A DNA stretch of 32,000 nucleotides from Cereibacter sphaeroides 2.4.1. Lineage in GTDB: Bacteria; Pseudomonadota; Alphaproteobacteria; Rhodobacterales; Rhodobacteraceae. Shown piece after piece: positions 11,187-18,933 of this stretch (its first letter is position 1; every line of letters starts with the position of its first letter). The stretch is taken from contig NC_007493.2 in the NCBI RefSeq assembly GCF_000012905.2, forward strand, positions 2,940,001 to 2,972,000. The letters are read 5' to 3'. The position numbers and the translations under genes are program-made. The notes under the pieces were generated by a model that searched no databases, had not been told where the DNA came from, and saw nothing but the letters and a program-made list of their open reading frames with translations.

Positions 11187-13010
11187 GTGTCCGTCTCCAG
11201 CTACCGATCGCCGAGCCTGCGGGCCGCCCTCGTCCTGCTCGCCATCGCCGCGGCGGCCCCTCAGGCTCGGGCGCTCGACCGGCTCGAGTTCCGCGTGGCC
11301 GGCAGCACCGACGAGGTCGAAGAGGTGATCAAGGGCGCCTCCGCCCTGATCGCGGCACGCGCGGCCGAAGACAGCGAGACGCAGGACATCTTCTCGGCCG
11401 CCCGGTCGGAATACGGTCGGCTGGTGACGGCCCTCTACGGCCTTGGCTACTATTCTCCCGTGGTGAGCGTGCTTGTGGACGGGCGCGAGGCGGCGCAGAT
11501 CCCGCCGCTCGACGCCCCCGAGACCATCGGCACCATCATCGTGCAGGTGCAGGTCGGCCCGCCCTTCCGGTTCGGCGCGGCGCGGGTGGCTCCGCTCGCC
11601 CCCGAGACGGAGATGCCAGAAGGCTTCCGCACCGGCGAGCGCGCGCGCAGCACGCTGGTGCAGGACGCGGTAAGTGCTGCAGCGGACGGCTGGCGCTCGG
11701 CGGGCTTCGCGAAGGTCGATGTGGGATCGCAGACGGTGGTGGCCGATCATGCCCGGCGCACGCTCGATGCCGATGTCCGCATGGCGCCCGGGCCCCGGCT
11801 CCGCTTCGGGGACCTGCGCATCAACGGCGAACAGCGCATGAGCGAGCGCCGCATCCGCAAGATCGCCAATCTGCCCACCGGCGAGACCTACGACCCCGAG
11901 GAACTGGCGGACAGCGCCGACCGCCTGCGCCGGACGGGCGTCTTCCGCTCGGTCTCGCTGACCGAGGACGAGACGGTGACAGCGCCCGACCTGCTCGGCA
12001 TCACCGCCACCGTCGTCGAGGAACTGCCGCGCCGCTACAGCTTCGGCGTCGAGGTCTCGAGCCTCGAAGGCGCCACCATCTCGGGCCAGTGGATCCACCG
12101 CAACCTTCTGGGCGGTGGCGAGCGGCTGACCGTGACGGGCGAGGTGGACAATCTCGGCGCCTCGAACAGCGGCGTGGACTACCGCCTCGGGGTGACGCTC
12201 GACCGCCCCGCCACCCCCACCGCCGACACGACCCTCGGTTTCGGGGTGCTGGTGGAGCGGCTGGACGAGGAGGATTACCTCGCAGATACCGTGTCGCTCT
12301 CGACGACGCTGACCCGGCTCTTCAGCAAGCGCCTCACCGGCAGCCTCGGGGTCGGCTATACCTACTCGGACGTCGAGGACGATTTCGGAAGCTACGTCTA
12401 CGAATATGTCTCATTGCCCGGCACGCTCGTCTGGAACTCGCGGGACAACGACCTGAACGCGACCGAGGGCTTCTACGTCGCGGCCGGAGCCACGCCGTTC
12501 GCGGGCATGGGCGACACCGGGTCGGGCGGCCAGCTCACGCTCGACAGCCGCGCCTTCGTGGGCTTCGGCAACGAGGACCGGCCCTTCGTGCTGGCCGGGC
12601 GCCTGCAGGCCGGAGCGGTCCTCGGCCCCGAACTGATCGAGACGCCGCGGAACTACCTGTTCTATTCCGGCGGCGGCGGCACCGTCCGCGGCCAGCCCTA
12701 CCAGTCGCTCGGCGTGCGTCCCGACCCGACGGATCCCGATTACAAGATCGGCGGCACCCGCTTCGCCGCGATCTCGGCCGAACTGCGCGCGCCCATCACG
12801 CGGCGGATCGGCGTCGTGGCCTTTGCGGATGCGGGCTACGTCACCGCCGAGGATATCGACTCCGACCGCGACGACTGGCACGCCGGTGCAGGCCTCGGCC
12901 TGCGCTACGACACCGGCTTCGGCCCGATCCGCGTCGATGTGGCGGCCCCGGTGGGCGGCGACACCGGCGACGGGGTGCAGATCTATGTGGGAATCGGGCA
13001 GGCCTTCTGA
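11187..13010 (+). CDS. tamA: Outer-membrane translocation and assembly module protein TamA (Omp85/BamA family)
   Basis: GTG start with GGGGGAA upstream, and signal peptide ...LLAIAAAAPQARA. POTRA-like N-terminal region and a C-terminal beta-barrel ending ...GVQIYVGIGQAF (terminal aromatic residue). The stop overlaps the tamB ATG by 1 nt. Confidence 0.85.
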   Translation: MSVSSYRSPSLRAALVLLAIAAAAPQARALDRLEFRVAGSTDEVEEVIKGASALIAARAAEDSETQDIFSAARSEYGRLVTALYGLGYYSPVVSVLVDGREAAQIPPLDAPETIGTIIVQVQVGPPFRFGAARVAPLAPETEMPEGFRTGERARSTLVQDAVSAAADGWRSAGFAKVDVGSQTVVADHARRTLDADVRMAPGPRLRFGDLRINGEQRMSERRIRKIANLPTGETYDPEELADSADRLRRTGVFRSVSLTEDETVTAPDLLGITATVVEELPRRYSFGVEVSSLEGATISGQWIHRNLLGGGERLTVTGEVDNLGASNSGVDYRLGVTLDRPATPTADTTLGFGVLVERLDEEDYLADTVSLSTTLTRLFSKRLTGSLGVGYTYSDVEDDFGSYVYEYVSLPGTLVWNSRDNDLNATEGFYVAAGATPFAGMGDTGSGGQLTLDSRAFVGFGNEDRPFVLAGRLQAGAVLGPELIETPRNYLFYSGGGGTVRGQPYQSLGVRPDPTDPDYKIGGTRFAAISAELRAPITRRIGVVAFADAGYVTAEDIDSDRDDWHAGAGLGLRYDTGFGPIRVDVAAPVGGDTGDGVQIYVGIGQAF

Positions 13011-16000
13011 TGCGGATCATCCTCTTTCTTCTCTGGCTTCTCTTGCCCGTTGCGGCCTTCGCGCAATCGGCCGAGGAGGATCGCGGCTTCCTTCAGGGCC
13101 TGATCGAGGACAATCTTTCCTCGGCCGGACGCGAGGTGCGGATCGAGGGCTTCCGCGGCGCGCTTTCCTCGCGGGCGACGGTCGAGCGGCTGACGATTGC
13201 CGACGATCAGGGCATCTGGCTCACGCTGAACAAGGTCGTGCTGGACTGGAGCCGATCGGCCCTCCTGTCGGGGCGGCTCTCGGTCTCCGAACTGTCGGCC
13301 GACGAGATCCTGCTCGAGCGGCTGCCCGTGGCGGACGAGAGCGTCGATGTCCCCTCTCCCGAGGCGCGGGACTTCGCCCTGCCCGAGCTGCCGGTCGCCG
13401 TCGAGATCGGCCGGATCGCGGCCGATCGGCTCGTTCTGGGCGAGACCGTTCTGGGCACCCCTGTCGAGGCCACGCTCGAAGCCTCCGGCTCGCTCGCGGG
13501 CGGCTCGGGGCAGGCGCAGCTCCTTGCCCGCCGCACCGACGGGCCGCAGGGAGAGCTCCGGCTCACGACCAGCTTCTCGAACGCGGACCGGCAGCTTGCG
13601 CTCGATCTGGCGCTGATCGAGGCCGACGACGGGATCGCGGCGACTCTCATGGATCTCCCGGGGCGGCCGCCGCTCGAACTGACGGTGCAGGGTCAGGGAC
13701 CGCTGTCGAACTACGCGGCCGACATCCGGCTCGTGACCGACGGCGAGGAACGGCTGGCTGGGCGCGTCACGCTGCAGGGCGACGCGGCGCAGGGCCGCCA
13801 GTTCGCGGCCGAACTCGGCGGCAATGTCGTGCCGCTCTTTCTGCCGCAATATGCATACTTCTTCGGCCCGGACGTGCAGCTCGACGTGGCGGGCACGCGG
13901 GCGACGGACGGCCGGCTGGACCTCAGCCGGCTCAATCTCTCCACCCGCGCGCTGCAGCTTCAGGGCGCTCTGGTGGTGGCCGCCGACGGGCTGCCCGAGC
14001 GGATCGCCCTCACCGGCCGGATCGCCTCGGCCGATGGCCAGCCCGTGCTCCTGCCCCTGTCCGGCCCGGAAACGCGCGTGGGCAGGGTCGATCTCGACGT
14101 GGCCTATGACGCGGCCCAAGGCGAGACCTGGACGGCGCGGCTTCTGGTGGCGGGCCTCGACCGGCCGGACTTCGCGGCCGAACGCTTCAGCCTCGACGGC
14201 TCGGGCCGGATCGCGCGCACCGACGGCGGCACCTCCACGGTGTCCGGCCGCCTCGCCTATGCCGCCGAGGGTCTCGCGCCAGCCGATCCGGATCTCGCCA
14301 CCGCCCTCGGCCCCCGCATCGCGGGCGCGGCCGACTTTTCCTGGACCGAAGGGGTCGACGGCCTCCGGCTGCCGACGCTCACCCTCGACGGAAGCGACTA
14401 CGGCCTCGCCGCCGACCTGACGCTGGAGGGCCTGACGAGCGGCCTCGCCGTCTCGGGCGAGGCCGACCTGCGGTTCGAGGACCTTGCGCGGTTCTCCGGC
14501 CTCGCCGGCCGTCCGCTTTCGGGGCAAGGCGAAGGCACGGTCAGCGGCACCTATGCGGCCCTGACCGGCGCCATCGACGCCGAGGCCTCGATCACCGGCA
14601 CCGACCTCGCGCTCGGACAGGCCGAACTCGACAATCTCCTCAAGGGCACCTCGACCATCGAGGCCTCGCTCATCCGCGACACCACGGGCACCCGGCTCCG
14701 CACCCTGCGGATCGCGGCGCAGAGCCTGACGGCCACGGCATCGGGGACCCTCGCCAGCGCCGGCAGCGACATTGCGGCCCAGCTGGCCTTTGCGGATCTC
14801 TCCGTGCTGGGCCCGGCCTATGACGGCCGGCTCGAGGCCGACGCGCGCTTCACTGGCACCCCCGAGGCCGGGCAGATCTCGATTCAGGCCAATGGCCGGG
14901 ATCTGCGCGTGGGTCAGCCACAGGTAGACGGTCTTCTCGCCGGCACCTCGACCATCGACATCGCCGGACGGCTGGATCAGGGCGCGCTCGTCCTTGAGCG
15001 GGCGCGGGTCAATGCCCGCACGCTCACGCTGACGGCCGCGGGGCGGCTCGCGACCGAGGGAAGCGACCTTACCGCCGACCTGAACTTCAGCGACCTGTCC
15101 CCCCTCGGTGCGGGCTACGGCGGCGCGCTTTCGGCCGAGGCCACCTTCAAGGGCACGCCGGAGAACGCCACGATCACCGCCGACGCGCGGGCGACGAACC
15201 TGCGCGTCGGCCAGTCTCAGGCCGATGCGCTTCTGCGCGGCGAGAGCACGCTCTCGGCGCAGGTTCGTCTCGAAAACGGCGCGATCCGCGTCGACCGGGC
15301 GGCCCTGCGCAACCCGCAGCTCACCGTTACCGCCGATGGGTCGGTGGCGGGCGCGGACCGCAACCTCACCCTCGACGCGCGGCTGTCGAACCTTGCGCTG
15401 GTCGTGCCGCAGTTCCCCGGTCCGCTGACCGTGCAGGGCACGGCCCGAAGCCAGGGGACGAGCTACCGGCTCGATCTGCGCGCCCGAGGACCGGGCGGCA
15501 TCGACCTGCGGGCGCAGGGGACGGCGGCGGGCGACTTCTCGACGGTCGACGTGGGCGTCACCGGCAGCGCGCAGGCAGCGCTGGCCAATCCGTTCATCGA
15601 GCCGCGCAATGTGGAGGGCCCGATCCGGTTCGACCTGCGCGTCAACGGGCAGCCCGCGCTTTCCTCGGTGTCGGGGACGGTATCGCTGGCCGGAGGCCGC
15701 TTCGCCGATCAGGACCTCGGCCTGGTGATCGAACGGCTGCAGGCCGACGCCCGCCTGGCCGGAGGCCGGGCGACGCTGGATGTGCAGGGCCGTCCCGCGG
15801 CGGGCGGGCGGCTGGCGCTGACCGGCAACATCGGTCTCGAATCCCCCTTCGCGGCCGACCTCGCCCTCGAGATCCGCCGCGCGGTCCTGCGCGACCCCGA
15901 GCTCTACGAGACGACCGCCAGCGGGCGCATCACCGTTCAGGGGCCGCTCACCGGCGGCGCGCAGATCGCGGGCCGCATCGATCTCGAGGAGACGGAACTG

Positions 16001-16840
16001 CGCATCCCCTCGACCGGCTTCGGCGGCGCGAACGGGCTGCCCGATCTGCAGCATCGGAACGAACCCGCGGCGGTGCGCACGACCCGCGCCCGGGCCGGCC
16101 TTCTGGATGATGGCTCCGGTGGCTCCGGCGGGCGGGACTCGCGGCCCTTCGGGCTCAATCTGCTCATCAGCTCGCCCGACCGGATCTTCATCCGGGGGCG
16201 GGGTCTCGATGCCGAGCTCGGCGGCCAGCTTCTCGTCTCGGGGACTACGGCCAATGTGGTGCCCAGCGGGGCCTTCAACCTGATCCGCGGCCGCCTCGAC
16301 ATCCTCGGCAAGCGCCTCACGCTGAGCGAGGCACAGCTGCTGCTCGAGGGCGACTTCGTGCCCTACATCCGCGTCGTGGCCTCGACGGAGAACGACGGGA
16401 TCACGACCTCGGTGGTGATCCAGGGGCGCGCGGACGAGCCCGACGTCAGCTTCACCTCGACGCCCGAACTGCCCGAGGAGGAGGTGATCTCGCGCCTGCT
16501 CTTCGGCAGGGGTCTCGACACGATCAGCCCCCTGCAGGCCGCGCAGCTTGCGAGCGCCGTGGCGACGCTCGCGGGCCGCGGCGGCGAGGGCGTGATCGGG
16601 CGGCTGCGGCAGGGCTTCGGGCTGGACGATCTGGATGTGGCGACGGATGCAGACGGCGGCACTTCGGTGCGGGCCGGGAAATACATCTCGGAGAATGTCT
16701 ATACCCAGGTCGAGGTGGACCAGCAGGGGCAGAGCCAGATCAACCTGAATCTCGACGTCACCCCGAGCGTCAAGCTGCGCGGCAGCGTGGGGACCGAAGG
16801 CGATACCTCCATCGGCATCTTCATCGAGCGGGATTACTGA
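13010..16840 (+). CDS. tamB: Translocation and assembly module protein TamB (DUF490 C-terminus)
   Basis: Starts MRIILFLLWLLLPVAAFAQSAEEDRGFLQGLIEDNLS (N-terminal anchor), is 1276 aa, and has a C-terminus ...GKYISENVYTQVEVDQQGQSQINLNLDVTPSVKLRGSVGTEGDTSIGIFIERDY typical of TamB. The 1891-aa track ORF is an out-of-frame 5' extension across tamA. Confidence 0.88.
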   Translation: MRIILFLLWLLLPVAAFAQSAEEDRGFLQGLIEDNLSSAGREVRIEGFRGALSSRATVERLTIADDQGIWLTLNKVVLDWSRSALLSGRLSVSELSADEILLERLPVADESVDVPSPEARDFALPELPVAVEIGRIAADRLVLGETVLGTPVEATLEASGSLAGGSGQAQLLARRTDGPQGELRLTTSFSNADRQLALDLALIEADDGIAATLMDLPGRPPLELTVQGQGPLSNYAADIRLVTDGEERLAGRVTLQGDAAQGRQFAAELGGNVVPLFLPQYAYFFGPDVQLDVAGTRATDGRLDLSRLNLSTRALQLQGALVVAADGLPERIALTGRIASADGQPVLLPLSGPETRVGRVDLDVAYDAAQGETWTARLLVAGLDRPDFAAERFSLDGSGRIARTDGGTSTVSGRLAYAAEGLAPADPDLATALGPRIAGAADFSWTEGVDGLRLPTLTLDGSDYGLAADLTLEGLTSGLAVSGEADLRFEDLARFSGLAGRPLSGQGEGTVSGTYAALTGAIDAEASITGTDLALGQAELDNLLKGTSTIEASLIRDTTGTRLRTLRIAAQSLTATASGTLASAGSDIAAQLAFADLSVLGPAYDGRLEADARFTGTPEAGQISIQANGRDLRVGQPQVDGLLAGTSTIDIAGRLDQGALVLERARVNARTLTLTAAGRLATEGSDLTADLNFSDLSPLGAGYGGALSAEATFKGTPENATITADARATNLRVGQSQADALLRGESTLSAQVRLENGAIRVDRAALRNPQLTVTADGSVAGADRNLTLDARLSNLALVVPQFPGPLTVQGTARSQGTSYRLDLRARGPGGIDLRAQGTAAGDFSTVDVGVTGSAQAALANPFIEPRNVEGPIRFDLRVNGQPALSSVSGTVSLAGGRFADQDLGLVIERLQADARLAGGRATLDVQGRPAAGGRLALTGNIGLESPFAADLALEIRRAVLRDPELYETTASGRITVQGPLTGGAQIAGRIDLEETELRIPSTGFGGANGLPDLQHRNEPAAVRTTRARAGLLDDGSGGSGGRDSRPFGLNLLISSPDRIFIRGRGLDAELGGQLLVSGTTANVVPSGAFNLIRGRLDILGKRLTLSEAQLLLEGDFVPYIRVVASTENDGITTSVVIQGRADEPDVSFTSTPELPEEEVISRLLFGRGLDTISPLQAAQLASAVATLAGRGGEGVIGRLRQGFGLDDLDVATDADGGTSVRAGKYISENVYTQVEVDQQGQSQINLNLDVTPSVKLRGSVGTEGDTSIGIFIERDY
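14591..15460 (+). repeat. Three tandem ~95-99-aa repeats (285/297 bp) inside tamB
   Basis: In-frame units start at 14591, 14876 and 15173. They share DL-x-[LV]GQ-x3-D-x-LL-x-G-x-ST[IL] ... LT-x-TA-x-G ... GSD[IL]-x-A-x-L-x-F-x-DLS-x-LG-x-Y-x-G ... F-x-GTPE. Confidence 0.55.
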
Positions 16841-16842
16841 GG

Positions 16843-16869
16843 GCTGGCAGCCCGGATCGGGCTGCCAGC
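16843..16869 (+). terminator. Strong hairpin immediately after the tamB stop
   Basis: Perfect 11-bp inverted repeat gctggcagccc / gggctgccagc with a 5-nt loop, starting 3 nt after the TGA at 16838..16840. It has no clear U-tract. Confidence 0.55.
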
Positions 16870-17040
16870 GCCATCTCACAAAAGCCTCGCGCGGGTGGCT
16901 CCTGGCGGATGTGCGACGGCGCGATGCGGCTGCCGTGACCAGATGTGCGCTGCTCTGGCGACACCGCTCAGGGACCGGCGCTCGTGATCCGAGGCCGAGG
17001 CTCTCTGCGTCTGTGGGGAGTGCGTCTCAGGCCACGCACC

Positions 17041-17877
17041 CTAGTGCGGCGTCGCGCGGACGGCGTCGACCGCAGCTCCCAGCAGCACGGCAAAGGCGCT
17101 GAGGTAAAGCCAGACGAGGAGCGCCACCACCGCCCCGATGGAGCCGTAGACCTCGTTATAGTTGGCGAAGTTGGCAAGGTAGAAGACCAGCCCGCGCGAG
17201 GCTGCGGCCCAGAGGGTGACGGCGATCAGAAGCCCCCAGGTCACGATCGGCCGGGGGCTGCCCTTCGGCCGGTTCGGGCCGAGCCGGTAGACCAGCGCCA
17301 CCCCGAAGACCACGACGAGGAGGCCCACGCCCACGTTGGCGAGCTCCAGCACCTTCTGGTCGAAGTCACCGAGCGGGATCACGTTCAGAACGAGGGGCGC
17401 CACAACCGACAGGAGCATCGCCACGAGGCCCACCCCCACCAGGGTCAGCGTGAGCACGATGGCCCGCACGATGTGCCACGGCCCCATGCGGTTCGGCAGT
17501 CGGTGCGTGGCGTTCAGGCCGCGGATCAGGGCCGCGACGCCCGCACGGGCCGACCAGATCGCGGCGCCGGTGGTGAAGAGGCTGGCCCAGCCCAGATGGC
17601 GGCTGTTGGCGGCCAGAAGCGCCTCGACCTGACCGCGGAACAGACCGTAGGCCTGTTCCGGCAGGAAATCTGCTGCGAGATTGATCTGGGCGCGGATCAC
17701 GCTCGGGTCCGAGGCCCAGCCCCAGATGGCGATGAGCGCCGCCACCGCGGGGAAGATCGCGAGGAATCCGTAGAAGGCGATGCCCGCCGCCGCGAGATTG
17801 AGGTCGGCCGAATCGACCCGGTCATAAAGCCGGACCAGCAGCCGCCATCGCGCATGCCAGAAACCTTCGCCGCCCAC
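17041..17877 (-). CDS. YihY/BrkB-family polytopic inner-membrane protein
   Basis: The N-terminal region ...DRVDSADLNLAAAGIAFYGFLAIFPAVAALIAIWG and multiple hydrophobic segments are characteristic of the YihY/virulence factor BrkB family. GTG start at 17877. Confidence 0.83.
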   Translation of the reverse strand: MGGEGFWHARWRLLVRLYDRVDSADLNLAAAGIAFYGFLAIFPAVAALIAIWGWASDPSVIRAQINLAADFLPEQAYGLFRGQVEALLAANSRHLGWASLFTTGAAIWSARAGVAALIRGLNATHRLPNRMGPWHIVRAIVLTLTLVGVGLVAMLLSVVAPLVLNVIPLGDFDQKVLELANVGVGLLVVVFGVALVYRLGPNRPKGSPRPIVTWGLLIAVTLWAAASRGLVFYLANFANYNEVYGSIGAVVALLVWLYLSAFAVLLGAAVDAVRATPH

Positions 17878-17901
17878 AGATCACCCGTTCCGGAATGAAG
17901 A

Positions 17902-17924
17902 AGGCCCGCGGCTTGCGCGGGCCT
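17902..17924 (-). terminator. Intrinsic-terminator-like hairpin after the small YjbE-like gene
   Basis: aggcccgcg / cgcgggcct stem with a 5-nt loop. On the minus strand it is followed by TTCTTCATTCC. It is 28 nt after the stop at 17952 and only 25 nt before the yihY start. Confidence 0.5.
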
Positions 17925-17951
17925 CCTTAGGTCGTTCGCATCGAGCCGAAA

Positions 17952-18182
17952 TCAGTCGGTCGTGTCGGTCGAGTCGTCGTTGTCGTCCGACGCGATCAGG
18001 GCGATGATCGCCGCAGCGCCGAGCACCGGCAGCAGCATGCCGCCCATGCTGCCGGTTTCTTCGGCAGCGACAACGGCGACCGGTTCGGGTTCGTCAACGA
18101 CGACGACCGGGCCACCCGCGAAAGCCGTCATGGCAGACGACATCAGGGCAGTGGTCGCGACGAGAGCAGTCAGTTTCTTCAT
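17952..18182 (-). CDS. Small exported protein (76 aa) with signal peptide, acidic/Pro linker, C-terminal hydrophobic helix and Asp/Ser/Thr tail. YjbE/GfcA-like by architecture and position.
   Basis: MKKLTALVATTALMSSAMTAFAGGPVVVVDEPEPVAVVAAEETGSMGGMLLPVLGAAAIIALIASDDNDDSTDTTD. GGAG lies 7 nt upstream of the ATG at 18182, the gene is directly downstream of yjbF-like, and a terminator follows. The track ORF start at 18239 is a less likely extension. Confidence 0.6.
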   Translation of the reverse strand: MKKLTALVATTALMSSAMTAFAGGPVVVVDEPEPVAVVAAEETGSMGGMLLPVLGAAAIIALIASDDNDDSTDTTD

Positions 18183-18270
18183 TTGCGTTCTCCAAGTATT
18201 TATGGCCGCTTGGGTTTTTAACTCATACCATAGAGGCAACTACCAGCAAAGGATGAACATTGGGTTTAAG

Positions 18271-18933
18271 TCAATCGATCACTCGGCTGATCTTCAGCTT
18301 GCCGAGACCCTGATCGAAAGTCTGCCGACTCTGCCGGATCGTGCCGGCATCATCGACCCAATATTCATTGGTGAACTGCCCCGTAGCTCCCTCACAATGC
18401 TCTAACACATGCCGGGTGGGATAGTTTCGTTCCACGATGGTGATGGTTTTCGGACCATCCGTTGCGAGTGTGCAACGATATTCGCGCTTCACCGTCTGAT
18501 CGAGCCCGTCGATCTGGTAATGCACGCGCAGGTAGTTCCCGCTCGCCGAGGCTATGCGCGCCGCGGAGGGCACCTCCGCCGACATGAGGTCGGGACCGAG
18601 GCCACGCGTGGCGAGCAGGACCCCGTCGCGCAGAGCGACGGTGCGGTCGTCGGTCGAGGACCATGTGACGACCCCGCCGTTGGTCTGGAAGGGCACCATC
18701 AGCGCCCAGGCGCTGGTTCCTTCCACCTCGACCACCAGAAGCGGCGATGTCACGCGCGCGAGCTTGGCCCGTGTCAGGTTCTGCGGCCCGGTCGCAGGCT
18801 TTTCCTTGCCCCCCGTCATGGCGGACAGCGCCTGCTTGACGTAGGTCGCCTTTCCCTGTGTATCCTCCTGAGATCCGCAGGCGGCGAGCAACGCGCAGGC
18901 GGCAAGAAGGCTGGCTCCGATCGCGTGCCGCAT
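18271..18933 (-). CDS. YjbF/GfcB-family lipoprotein (group 4 capsule-type polysaccharide lipoprotein)
   Basis: Lipobox in MRHAIGASLLAACALLAACGS. The C-terminal ...FTNEYWVDDAGTIRQSRQTF matches the conserved FWVD-x-ATG-x-VRQSRQ block I recall from E. coli GfcB/YjbF. The ATG at 18933 overlaps the upstream stop (TGATG). Confidence 0.8.
   Translation of the reverse strand: MRHAIGASLLAACALLAACGSQEDTQGKATYVKQALSAMTGGKEKPATGPQNLTRAKLARVTSPLLVVEVEGTSAWALMVPFQTNGGVVTWSSTDDRTVALRDGVLLATRGLGPDLMSAEVPSAARIASASGNYLRVHYQIDGLDQTVKREYRCTLATDGPKTITIVERNYPTRHVLEHCEGATGQFTNEYWVDDAGTIRQSRQTFDQGLGKLKISRVID

Noticed and set aside
11165-13009. 615-codon N-terminal extension of the tamB frame (1891-aa track ORF)
   Set aside because: It overlaps tamA in another frame and translates to Arg/Gly/Pro-rich sequence. 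TamB's signal-anchor MRIILFLLWLLLPVAAFA begins at 13010, overlapping the tamA stop.
12983-16879. 1298-aa ORF on the minus strand, antisense to tamB
   Set aside because: It lies entirely opposite a well-supported gene. Its translation is Arg/Ala/Gly/Pro-rich low complexity with no recognisable motif. This is the typical stop-poor shadow frame of a very GC-rich genome.
16870-17040. 170-nt non-coding stretch between the convergent genes tamB and yihY, scanned for a tRNA, sRNA or small ORF
   Set aside because: I found no cloverleaf-compatible arms, no convincing promoter-plus-terminator pair, and no ORF with a ribosome-binding site. Only weak short stems are present.
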